DNA of 64,000 nucleotides from an uncultured Acidobacteriota bacterium (GTDB taxonomy: Bacteria; Acidobacteriota; Terriglobia; Acidiferrales; UBA7541). Position numbers and translations under genes: made by a program. Under the pieces are notes generated by a model. It was not told where the DNA came from. It made no database searches and was given only the letters and a program-made list of their open reading frames with translations. Where the stretch lies: positions 10,065 to 74,064 of the forward strand of contig CAWDRJ010000013.1 in assembly GCA_963804625.1 (NCBI GenBank), read 5' to 3'. Of this stretch, positions 52,176 through 64,000 are shown piece by piece; position 1 is the stretch's first letter; each line of letters starts with the position of its first letter.

Positions 52176-52385
52176 TTGATCGCCAGACTTCTCCTCATTG
52201 GCCTTGGCAAAAAGTTCGCGGAGTCCGGAGAATACGAAATCGCTCGGGCATATAAGCTTCGCGAAAAATCAGGCTGCGAGTTTCATCCGCAAACTAACAT
52301 CAATCGGCACTCAAAGATAGCTGACAGCACCGCACGCGGCTCGCTTTCCTGCCCGCTCTCGTGCGGCCGTGGCTCGAGTGCTAAA

Positions 52386-53051
52386 ATGAAGGGGATGGAA
52401 AATAAAACGATCTCGCAAGACGAAATCTTCTGGGCGGTGGACGCGCAAGAGGATTTCATGAAGCCGGGCGGAAAACTCTACGTACCCGGTGCCGAGAAGA
52501 TTCTGCCGAATCTCCGGCGCCTCACGAATGCCGCGCGTGAGGGGCGAGTGTTCCTGGTTTCCCACGGCTGCATCCACGACGCGGACGATCCGGAATTCGC
52601 GCAATTTCCACCGCACTGCATCCGCGGCTCGGCAGGCGCGAAATTGGTGCCCGAAGCGTTGAGTGACAATTTTGTTGCGATACCGAACGACCGCAGCGCC
52701 GAGCTTCCGGAAAACCTCGCGCAGTACCAGCAAATCGTCTTGGAAAAGCAAACTCTGGATATCTTCCAAAGCCGCCACGCGGAGTCGCTATTAACGCGAC
52801 TCCCGCGCGACGCGGAATTCATCGTGTTTGGAGTCGTCACCGAATATTGCGTGCGCCTCGCTGCCAAAGGGTTGCTGGAGCGCGGGCGCCGCGTGTCCGT
52901 GGTGCGAGACGCCATCGAAACGCTGAACCCGGAAGAGTCGAAACGCACGCTCGATGAGCTGAAAACGTTGGGCGCATCATTGATTGCGACGGATGATGCG
53001 CTCAACCGAGTCGGTGCCCTCACGAAACCGATTCAAAGCAAGTGGAGCTAA
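52386..53051 (+). CDS. Isochorismatase-family cysteine hydrolase (nicotinamidase-like)
   Basis: From ATG 52386 the protein includes ..WAVDAQEDF.., ..FPPHCI.. and ..VFGVVTEYCV.., the last containing the catalytic Cys context. Confidence 0.7.
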   Translation: MKGMENKTISQDEIFWAVDAQEDFMKPGGKLYVPGAEKILPNLRRLTNAAREGRVFLVSHGCIHDADDPEFAQFPPHCIRGSAGAKLVPEALSDNFVAIPNDRSAELPENLAQYQQIVLEKQTLDIFQSRHAESLLTRLPRDAEFIVFGVVTEYCVRLAAKGLLERGRRVSVVRDAIETLNPEESKRTLDELKTLGASLIATDDALNRVGALTKPIQSKWS

Positions 53052-53322
53052 AGTGACACTGATTTTGGGGCTCCTCCGGTCGCCAAACAATCACGACGTG
53101 ATTTTCAGCGGCAATATACAAGCGTCGTTCACCCTACATATCTATTTATGCGCCTTCGCGCGCTCTTCACCAGTAAAACGCTGTATTCAACATTGCGTAG
53201 TTTTGGCGATAGCTGCGATCGGGTTTGCCACGCAACTTACAGCATTCGCCCGATGGCGTGACCGGCCGCTCTCCACTAAATTTTAGCGCTGCCGCGCGCC
53301 AGCCCGCGCCGGCCGGGGACCC

Positions 53323-54057
53323 ATGCCACTTCGAAAAGTTTTCCGCTTTCGCCGTATCTCCGAATTACTAGTTTCAATCGTCACACTGTGTGAACTCCTG
53401 TTGTGCGTGGCTTTGCCGGGAACCGTTCACGCTGACAGCAAGAAGTTTGTAACGCAAATTCGCGGCGATGCCTTTGACGCCGCAGCTGTCGGAGCAACGG
53501 ACTCCGCGACGCCGACAATTGCGAAGATCCGGCTCGAAGAAGCCGGCCTCGTATCTGAGGACAATACGCCGCTGAACCGCGCAGCGGCGATTTGGAGCGA
53601 TTCGTCACCCGCCGCAATTCAGCCGACCGTCTCCAACTCGTCGAATCCTTCGGGAGAAGATCAGCAGTTAACGTACGGTGCACCCGCTTACGACGCAGGT
53701 TTCAATCAGGGCACGAACGATGGTTCAACCGCGTCTCTGTGGGCGGCGAATTTCTATGGCGGCGGAGGCTTCTACTACTACGCAGGCGTTCCTGCAGGCT
53801 CGGGACCGTCCGGGCAGCCCTTGACGGGCGCAGAATCCGATCGAATCGATTTGGGCTCTGGGCACCCCGGTGACGGTGGTTTGAGTTCTGCCGATGGCCC
53901 GGGCCGGCTTCGCAATGGACTGATGCCAAGGATTAAGTGGCCGCTGCGAATACTGACTGGTCAGCCCGCGGCGGTGCCGGAGCCTTCGTCGCTGCTTCTG
54001 TTCGGGTGCGGAGTGCTTGCGGTGGGATTGAAACGAAAATTGCATTCGGCGAAATGA
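53323..54057 (+). CDS. PEP-CTERM sorting-signal protein
   Basis: It has an N-terminal signal peptide and a C-terminal VPEPSSLLLFGCGVLAVGLKRKL. Confidence 0.8.
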   Translation: MPLRKVFRFRRISELLVSIVTLCELLLCVALPGTVHADSKKFVTQIRGDAFDAAAVGATDSATPTIAKIRLEEAGLVSEDNTPLNRAAAIWSDSSPAAIQPTVSNSSNPSGEDQQLTYGAPAYDAGFNQGTNDGSTASLWAANFYGGGGFYYYAGVPAGSGPSGQPLTGAESDRIDLGSGHPGDGGLSSADGPGRLRNGLMPRIKWPLRILTGQPAAVPEPSSLLLFGCGVLAVGLKRKLHSAK

Positions 54058-54220
54058 GGCTGCGCTGCGCGCAAGCTGCGCAACCGTCAGAGCGCATCTC
54101 TAAATCCCGCGGGTTCTCGCGCGACGAGCGCAGCGGGTCATGCTTTGTCATCGCTTGCAAAAAAGTCCTTAGAAACTTCGCCGCCCCCGCGGCGAAGCCT
54201 GCCGCGACTCCCGCGAAATC

Positions 54221-54415
54221 CTAACGCAACGCCTTCTGCAATTTCTTGGTGGCTTTCTGCAACCTTTTCTTGAGCGCGTCCACTTCTTTCGACAAGTCTT
54301 CCAGTTCTTTCTTGGCGACAATTCCCGCTTTCGCTACTTTGTGCGCCGTGCGATCCGCGCGGCCGATGGCGCCGCCGATTCCTTCCGCTACTTTCGTAAG
54401 CCTGCTCTTTGCCAT
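54221..54415 (-). CDS. Small coiled-coil protein (64 aa)
   Basis: GGAGG precedes ATG 54415. The protein reads MAKSRLTKVAEGIGGAIGRADRTAHKVAKAGIVAKKELEDLSKEVDALKKRLQKATKKLQKALR. Confidence 0.5.
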   Translation of the reverse strand: MAKSRLTKVAEGIGGAIGRADRTAHKVAKAGIVAKKELEDLSKEVDALKKRLQKATKKLQKALR

Positions 54416-54559
54416 ATTGCCTCCGTATAAAAATGAAATCGCTGCCATCCTATACGCCGCCCGCACCTATCGTCAATCATTCTTGCGCTGTACGCGTGCA
54501 TTTCTCTCAGGGTGAAATCAAAAAATCCAGCGTTGGCCGGCGAACTTTCGAGCAGGGAC

Positions 54560-56395
54560 CTACTTCGGCAGGCGGAACACGAAACTGACGTCTTCTTGCG
54601 TCTCGATGGGCTTGCCGTTCAATGTCGTGGGATTGTATTTCCATTCGCGTACCGCCGTCATTGCGGCTTGAATCAGAAGCTCAGGCCCGCTCCGCGGCTC
54701 CAAACTCTTGATAGCACCGTCCGCTCCGATCACCGCATGTAGTTTCACGGTCCCTTCAACGCGGTGCTGCAGCGCATCCGGCGGATAAACGGGTTCCACG
54801 AGATTCGTGAGTTGACCAATCTGCAGGTTACGACCCTCTTGCGCGGATTTCGCGGCGCCCTGTGGGACGGGAACTTCTCCACGCGAGCGAATCGCCACCG
54901 AACCCGACGCGCTGATCGGCGTTTCGGGCAACGTCAACATCAGCGGTGCGCTCGATTTATCGGCGCCAGCGGTCGCGGGCGACGCGTCTTGCGGCGCTCC
55001 CGATTGCTCAGCGGGTTTGTGCGCAGGGGCCGCATCGTTTGTAGCCGGCGGGGCGGCTTCGCTTGGTGGCGACGAGTGTTCAGCGCTCGCATCCGCATGA
55101 CTCGTCCCGGACACAGCTGGAATCTCCCACCGCCTGCCGCTCGAATCTACTATCTCAATCTCGAGCGGCTTCGCTGGGGCCTCGGCCGATTCAGCGGATG
55201 CCGCGTCGGGCGGTGGGCCCGCTTGCGGTGTAGTCGTCGCGAGTGGCGGAGCGCTCTGCGGATGTGCAGGCTCGTCGTGCTGGCCGATCACGCTGTTCAA
55301 CGCTCCCCGCCGCACCGCCATACCGGCGATAAATGAAATCAGGGCGAGCAAGAATACGAGAGCTGCGAGAAACCATCCGCTCTGCAGCTTCACTCGGTAG
55401 CTCTTGGAGTCGTCGTCCGCCGGGACTTGCGCCGCGCGGTGCGGCCGGACGAACAGCGGCGCATCACCGGCGACAGGCGCAGGCCCTGGCGCAATGCGCG
55501 CCGAAGAGGAAAGTCCGAGGCTTGGTGCTCCGTGAGTGCCGCTGATTCCGTTGAAAACGGAAACTGGAAGCTCATCGGTCTCGGGCGGCATCGGAGCTGC
55601 AACCTCGGCTGCGGCATGTTGAGGCGCTGCTGTCTTGCGCACTTCCGGAATTCGCAAACTTGGTGCTTCCGGCTCTATCACGCGCGCTGCGATCGGTGCG
55701 GATGTCTCTACCGGCTGCGGTCTGGCTTCAACGATCTCTTCGGGCGCCTCCTCGACGTCCGAAGTTTCGAAATCATCGACAGCAGCCTCATCCGGCTCAG
55801 CTGCGGCCGCTTCTTCAGCGCTCCCGTTGGGGTTCAGAACCCGTTCATTTTCTGGCGCGTAGTCGTCGTCAAACGCAAGCCCGTCGTCAACTGCGGGTTC
55901 CCGCAGCGCCGCAAACGCAGCCTCTGCCGGCGCCTCTTCCTCGAGGGCCGCCTCGGCGCGCGTCGGCTCGGCGTCATGTTCGATTTCTTCTTCCTCGGAC
56001 GTGGCGCCCGGCGACGCCTCGCGCGCCATCCATTTCTGGATCTGCCGCTGCGCGCCGTCGGAAAGATCCACGAAGCGCAGCCCCGCTTCCTTGCGCGACT
56101 CGCCGACCCACACGACCTCGGCGTTCACCTCCAGCCGCTTGCGGCTCCCCGGAAGCTGCAGGCGGATCGAAATCGGTCCTTCTTCCAGCCCGGCCGCCGC
56201 TTGTATGCGAATACCCGCTTCGCTGACGTTGAGCACAATTCCGCCATTATCCTCGCCCAAGTCCACGTAGGTAAGCGAGGAAACGCGCTGTCGCGGGTGC
56301 AAGCGCCGGTCTTTGACCGGTACTGATGCCGGACTAGAACCACCATTTTGTTCTGGAATCTCAGCCATGGATGGCGTCTGTCGTCCAAGGGCCAC
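54560..56395 (-). CDS. PilZ domain - acidic/Pro-rich linker - TM - TonB C-terminal domain fusion protein
   Basis: The N-terminus carries RRLHPR ... NVSEAG, matching the PilZ RxxxR and D/NxSxxG motifs. A single TM segment is WFLAALVFLLALISFIAGMAV. The C-terminus ..EPVYPPDALQHRVEGTVKLHAVIGADGAIKSL..REWKYNPTTLNGKPIE.. matches TonB_C. Confidence 0.75.
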   Translation of the reverse strand: MALGRQTPSMAEIPEQNGGSSPASVPVKDRRLHPRQRVSSLTYVDLGEDNGGIVLNVSEAGIRIQAAAGLEEGPISIRLQLPGSRKRLEVNAEVVWVGESRKEAGLRFVDLSDGAQRQIQKWMAREASPGATSEEEEIEHDAEPTRAEAALEEEAPAEAAFAALREPAVDDGLAFDDDYAPENERVLNPNGSAEEAAAAEPDEAAVDDFETSDVEEAPEEIVEARPQPVETSAPIAARVIEPEAPSLRIPEVRKTAAPQHAAAEVAAPMPPETDELPVSVFNGISGTHGAPSLGLSSSARIAPGPAPVAGDAPLFVRPHRAAQVPADDDSKSYRVKLQSGWFLAALVFLLALISFIAGMAVRRGALNSVIGQHDEPAHPQSAPPLATTTPQAGPPPDAASAESAEAPAKPLEIEIVDSSGRRWEIPAVSGTSHADASAEHSSPPSEAAPPATNDAAPAHKPAEQSGAPQDASPATAGADKSSAPLMLTLPETPISASGSVAIRSRGEVPVPQGAAKSAQEGRNLQIGQLTNLVEPVYPPDALQHRVEGTVKLHAVIGADGAIKSLEPRSGPELLIQAAMTAVREWKYNPTTLNGKPIETQEDVSFVFRLPK

Positions 56396-56477
56396 ACGCC
56401 CTGGTTTTGATCATTTTACGATGGCGCTGTGCCTGGTTCAACGCCGGGACAATCTATCTGCAGCACCGCTAAATGCT

Positions 56478-57062
56478 TCAGTCAAAACCCGCAGTCGTCA
56501 CCGGAACCTGCAATTCCTGCCAGCCGCCCGGCAGCTCAATTTGGATGTGCTTGGCCTGGTCAAATAGCACGAATCCGCTCACGCTTCCCACTTCTTGCGT
56601 CACGAGAGTCCGGAATTTGTCCTGGTTTACAGGCCCGATTTGCCCCGCCTGCATTCCCGAAGGCCAGCCAAAAACCTGCGTGGTTTGCAGCGAAATGCGC
56701 GTGCGGTTTCGCGCCGGCAGAAACACGGAGTGGTCGAGCTCCATCGGTTCGTCGGAACTCAAGCTGCCGTTGGATTTCAGTCGCGTCATAACGACGGTTT
56801 CCGGCCCTTTGGTGAGCTGATAATCCGCATCGCTCTCGTTATCGAGGTCATAGTAAAAAATCAGCTGGACGTGCCCGGGATCCACTTCATGAACTTGCAG
56901 ACCGGCAAAACTGCCGCGTACCGAGGCGGAATTCCATGCGGGGGCTTGCGTGGCTTTTGCGGCCGGCTCCTGGCGCGGCGACCTAGGAAAAAACTCGATC
57001 GCGACGAGCGCCAGGACGCACAGAAACAGCACGAAAATCAGCAGCTTTCGCATGGCAGCCAT
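56478..57062 (-). CDS. Membrane-anchored hypothetical protein (194 aa)
   Basis: It has an N-terminal TM anchor, LLIFVLFLCVLALVAIEFF. I recognise no family. Confidence 0.5.
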   Translation of the reverse strand: MAAMRKLLIFVLFLCVLALVAIEFFPRSPRQEPAAKATQAPAWNSASVRGSFAGLQVHEVDPGHVQLIFYYDLDNESDADYQLTKGPETVVMTRLKSNGSLSSDEPMELDHSVFLPARNRTRISLQTTQVFGWPSGMQAGQIGPVNQDKFRTLVTQEVGSVSGFVLFDQAKHIQIELPGGWQELQVPVTTAGFD

Positions 57063-57158
57063 TTAACTGCGAATTTACCACAATGGCCAACCTACCATGA
57101 AACGGCTCTGCGATAGGCGCGATTCGCCGTTACTACCTGCGAGCCTCCAGCCGGCGAT

Positions 57159-57991
57159 TTATTCCTCGAGGTATTTCACAAACACCACTTCGTTCTGTTT
57201 CTCGTTGTAAAGAAGCTCATCCACGTTGGCTTGCGTCAGCAGCAAACCAAATCCGCCCGGGCGCAGCCCCTTGTCCTGGCGAATCTGGTCGTGCTTGGTG
57301 GGCTCATCGGCTTCGTGGGAGATCGCGGCGTGTTCCAGGTCGCTAAACTTAAAGCCGGGGCCCGGATCGGCGATGCGATACATCAACATTCGCCGCGCGC
57401 GTAAATACGAAATTCGCACCTTGCGATTGGGATCCAGCTTTCCGCCCCATTCCACGGCGTTCAGCAGCAATTCGTGAAACGCCTGCCCCACTGAGCGGCG
57501 CACGTCCTCTGAAAGCCCGGTCTTCAAATGCGCCATGAACGCTTCAATCCGTTCCGCCTCTTCCAGCGAACACGGAACGACTAGTTCCACCCAATTGGGG
57601 CTTGCGGACACCACTTCGATGGAGCCCTGCCCCGGTTTTTTCGCCAACGTTTCCTTCACCAGCACAACCAGCGCCTGCGGATCCACTGGCTTCGCAACGT
57701 AGGTATATGCTTCCTCGCGGATCGCGCTGAGCAATGTCTGCGGCGTGTCGTCGGAGGTCATCACGATCACTTTCGGACGCGTCTTCGCGTTGCGCAGTTT
57801 CGCCAGCACTTCCAGACCGTTCATCTTCGGCATCCACACATCCAGCAGCGCCAGGTCGAACTTACTCTCTTTCAATTTTTTCAGAGTCGTCGCGCCGTCT
57901 TCCACCGCGACCACAGTATATTTTTGCGCCCGTAGCGTCTCGGAAAGGAGCAGGCGAGTGGTGCGGTCATCATCGGCGACCAGAATGCGCG

Positions 57992-57995
<4 letters not shown>
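57159..57995 (-). CDS. Response-regulator receiver fused to an RsbW/SpoIIAB-like ATP-binding (HATPase_c_2-type) domain
   Basis: GGAGG precedes ATG 57995, with an ATGA overlap onto the upstream kinase gene. The REC domain reads [23 protein letters not shown]... The C-terminus reads ..[22 protein letters not shown]... Confidence 0.75.
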
Positions 57996-61483
<3,488 letters not shown>

Positions 61484-61579
61484 GGCAGGCGGGCAGGGTC
61501 CCGGCTGCGCGTCATCTTATGGCGGCTGCCAAGGCGAAGTCAACGGAAGTGGAAGTCTGGGCAGCTACGTGTAAGGAAC

Positions 61580-61792
61580 TCAAGCGCAAATCTTACCCTC
61601 ACGATCCGATCGGTCAGGGCTGTTTTTCCCGATGACCACCGCGAAACGTAGCGCGGCAAGGACGAGAATCGCGACGGCGCCCAACGCCGCAGCGACGATC
61701 ACGAAGATGACGACAGCAGTCGGTCCATGAATATTGATATTCACAAGTTCGCCGAGCAAGAATGCTACGAATCCAAGGGAAAATCCGAACAA
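61580..61792 (-). CDS. Small 2-TM membrane protein (70 aa)
   Basis: It contains two hydrophobic helices. It is in tandem with 61823-62020. Confidence 0.4.
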   Translation of the reverse strand: MFGFSLGFVAFLLGELVNINIHGPTAVVIFVIVAAALGAVAILVLAALRFAVVIGKNSPDRSDREGKICA

Positions 61793-61822
61793 GACTACGG
61801 ACTCGAGCGGCGCTCGATAAGC

Positions 61823-62020
61823 TCAAGCGAGCGCGCCTCCCAATGCTGCTAGCGGGCCGAAAATCATGAGGGCAAGGCTCAAGAGCGACAGCGTGTTGAG
61901 GACGCTGAGACTGAAGCGAAGTTCAACGATCCTATCCAGCTGGCCGTAAAGCAAAATTCCCAGCACGAATGCTGATAGGCCAATTCTTATCGACCATCGC
62001 GTAAAAACGCGTGCGGACAT
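61823..62020 (-). CDS. Small 2-TM membrane protein (65 aa)
   Basis: It contains two hydrophobic helices. Confidence 0.4.
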   Translation of the reverse strand: MSARVFTRWSIRIGLSAFVLGILLYGQLDRIVELRFSLSVLNTLSLLSLALMIFGPLAALGGALA

Positions 62021-62138
62021 GCGGGCATCTTACTGTGATCTTATTCAACTTGTCAGTACTGAAGGCTCGCGACGACCCTCGGGCTTCAGTTTCCACCGGA
62101 GAAAATAAGACTGGTTTAACTGCGACTTCAGCCGCTCG

Positions 62139-63542
62139 GTGTACAATTTCATTCGGAGCGAAAATCAGAACGAAGACTCCGGTAAATCATTTGGCGTCGG
62201 TAATTTCTTGAGAATCTCTCTGCCACTGGCTGCGCTGCTCGTTTCGGCCATTGCCGGGGCTCTATTCGCGCAGCAAAATTCGAATGCGCCACCGCATCCA
62301 GCGGCAACTCCGACTTTCTATCGCGATGTCCTGCCGATATTGCAGCAACATTGCCAGAGCTGCCATCGCCCCGGCGAAATTGGTCCCATGCCGCTCGTGA
62401 CCTACGAACAAACTCGCCCTTTCGCGCGCGCCATCGCGGCAGCTGTCAGCAAACGCGAGATGCCTCCGTGGTTCGCTGATCCGGACGTCGGGCACTTTTC
62501 AAACGATCCTTCGCTCGCACAGCAAGAAATTGACGCGGTCGTCGCCTGGGCTAATGCCAACGCGCCCGCCGGCAATCCCGAAGACGCGCCGCGTGTGCGC
62601 AACTGGCCGCAAGGTTGGATGATTCCGCAGCCGGACGCAGTCGTGCAGATGCCCAAGCCCGTCGCGCTGCCCGCGGAGGGCGACATTGATTACACGTACG
62701 AAATCGTGCCGACGGACTTCACCGAAGACAAATGGGTGCAGATGTCCGAGATTCGTCCGTCGAGTCGCGCGAACGTCCATCACGCAGTCGTGTACGTTCG
62801 TCCGCCCGGTTCCAACTGGCTGCGTCACGCGCCGGTCGGCGTGCCGTTCACCGGCGCGGATATGAGCGACGCGCAAGACCGCGCGGACACGCACTTCAGC
62901 ACGGCCGAGATCTTGCTCGTCTACGCGCCGGGAAGTTCGCCGGACAATTGGCTGCCAGGGATGGCGAAATTCGTGCCGAAGGGTTCCGATCTGGTTTTTC
63001 AAATGCATTACATGGCGCGCGGCAAACCCGCCAGCGATCAGACCAGCATCGGCATCATTTTCGCGAAACAGCCGCCGCAGAAGCGCGTCCTGACGCTGCA
63101 ATTGACCAACGACCGCTTCATCATTCCGCCCGGCGTGGACGATTACCGCGTGGAAGTCCACGGCTCGCTGCCAAACGACGCGCTGCTGCTCAGTTTCTTC
63201 CCGCACATGCACCTACGCGGAAAGCGCTTCGAATACAACATCCTGCACAAAGACGGCAGCGTCGAGCCGCTGCTCCGCGTGCATTACAATTTCTACTGGC
63301 AGCTAAGTTATCGCCTGGCCGAGCCGCGCCCGCTGCAAGCCAGCACAGTCCTGCAGGCCGTCGCCTGGTACGACAATTCGAAAAATAATCCGCACAATCC
63401 GGATCCAGACGCAGCCGTGCGCTGGGGCGATCAAACCTACGATGAAATGATGGTGGGCTTTTTCGACGTAGCCGTGCGCGCGGATTTAGATAAGCCGCAC
63501 TACTTCATCCGCAGTGGAAACGCCCCGGGCCAAAAGCCGTAG
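62139..63542 (+). CDS. Secreted CxxCH (heme c motif) protein with a C-terminal copper monooxygenase (DBH/PHM)-like region; start uncertain
   Basis: After a signal peptide the protein includes ..PILQQHCQSCHRPGEIGPMPL.., ..VHHAVVY.. and ..FFPHMHLRGKRFEY... Confidence 0.6.
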   Translation: MYNFIRSENQNEDSGKSFGVGNFLRISLPLAALLVSAIAGALFAQQNSNAPPHPAATPTFYRDVLPILQQHCQSCHRPGEIGPMPLVTYEQTRPFARAIAAAVSKREMPPWFADPDVGHFSNDPSLAQQEIDAVVAWANANAPAGNPEDAPRVRNWPQGWMIPQPDAVVQMPKPVALPAEGDIDYTYEIVPTDFTEDKWVQMSEIRPSSRANVHHAVVYVRPPGSNWLRHAPVGVPFTGADMSDAQDRADTHFSTAEILLVYAPGSSPDNWLPGMAKFVPKGSDLVFQMHYMARGKPASDQTSIGIIFAKQPPQKRVLTLQLTNDRFIIPPGVDDYRVEVHGSLPNDALLLSFFPHMHLRGKRFEYNILHKDGSVEPLLRVHYNFYWQLSYRLAEPRPLQASTVLQAVAWYDNSKNNPHNPDPDAAVRWGDQTYDEMMVGFFDVAVRADLDKPHYFIRSGNAPGQKP

Positions 63543-63703
63543 AGTCTCGAGCGAATTGTCACCCAACAGACGCGACTCCAGATTCCATGCGAGCAACCGG
63601 TTTCGCTGCGGTCTCCCGGTTTTCTCTGCGTCCTCTGCGTTAAATCTTTCGACTTTTGCTTTCGACTTATAACTGTCGACTGTTAACTTTGAACTCGAGT
63701 TTG

Positions 63704-64000
63704 TCAGTACCCTTCGGCCTTCCCCGGTCCCCGCTCATCATGCCCGCCTTGCAACCAGCCATCGCTGATCTCGATCGCTTCCACCCGAGCCGTCACTTCC
63801 GGATTCCCAACCTCGACCGTGTGGCCCATGTGCTGCAACAAAGCAATCGTGTCCGGCGAAACGCCCTTTTCCACATCGAGCCGGTCCGGCTTCCATTGTT
63901 CATGCACGCGCGGAAAATCCACCGCATCTTGCGCATTCATCCCGAAATCAATCACGTTCAGAATCGCCTGCAAAACGGCCGTGATGATCACCGGGCCGCC
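63704..64000 (-). CDS. ggt: Gamma-glutamyltransferase, C-terminal part, open at the right window edge
   Basis: The C-terminal sequence reads ..MIITAVLQAILNVIDFGMNAQDAVDFPRVHEQW..GGHDERGPGKAEGY. Confidence 0.7.
   Translation of the reverse strand, partial: GGPVIITAVLQAILNVIDFGMNAQDAVDFPRVHEQWKPDRLDVEKGVSPDTIALLQHMGHTVEVGNPEVTARVEAIEISDGWLQGGHDERGPGKAEGY

Noticed and set aside
52122-52385. An N-terminal 88-codon extension of the isochorismatase ORF.
   Set aside because: It overlaps the eutB 5' end on the other strand. ATG 52386 gives a normal-length enzyme.

Overview
This is a GC-rich window whose gene content points to Acidobacteriota (inference): two ADOP-type FtsX permeases, two CarboxypepD_reg-type TonB-dependent receptors ending in F, a PEP-CTERM protein and a BlaI/BlaR1 pair. 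It splits into two parts.

**Accessory part (1-41002).** This part is saturated with mobile DNA:
- a partial IS256 and an IS4;
- four IS5-group copies, one nested inside an IS110 gene and two forming a head-to-tail dimer;
- five clearly different IS110-family recombinase genes;
- an IS21 (istAB);
- a complete group II intron with its RT;
- a second, ORF-less group II intron that is itself split by the IS4.

Between these elements lie small orphan ORFs: a 357-aa unknown, a MafI-like immunity protein, a DUF2007 protein and a secreted unknown. They are separated by a family of same-orientation, hairpin-bearing repeat units that I could not assign to a known class. The units resemble attC or REP sites. 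The ORF-less intron has an EBS1-like loop complementary to the repeat core, and IS110 elements abut the same core. This repeat-bounded module array is my best candidate for something new. The accessory part also holds TonB-dependent receptor, ECF sigma/anti-sigma, BlaI-BlaR1 and ADOP genes, and it ends at a 46-nt tRNA-Met 3' fragment that looks like an island attR.

**Core-like part (41003-64000).** It encodes:
- an MFS transporter and a lactonase;
- a hisIGDCBHFA operon preceded by a 22-codon His-rich leader ORF and an intrinsic terminator (a candidate attenuator);
- eutBC, where the only plausible eutB ATG is 1 nt out of frame;
- an isochorismatase and a PEP-CTERM protein;
- a PilZ-TonB_C fusion;
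- a REC/RsbW-like kinase coupled to a GAF-PAS-GAF hybrid histidine kinase;
- a CxxCH/DBH-like protein and a partial gamma-glutamyltransferase.

All functional calls come from motif recognition by eye. No database search or RNA folding was run.
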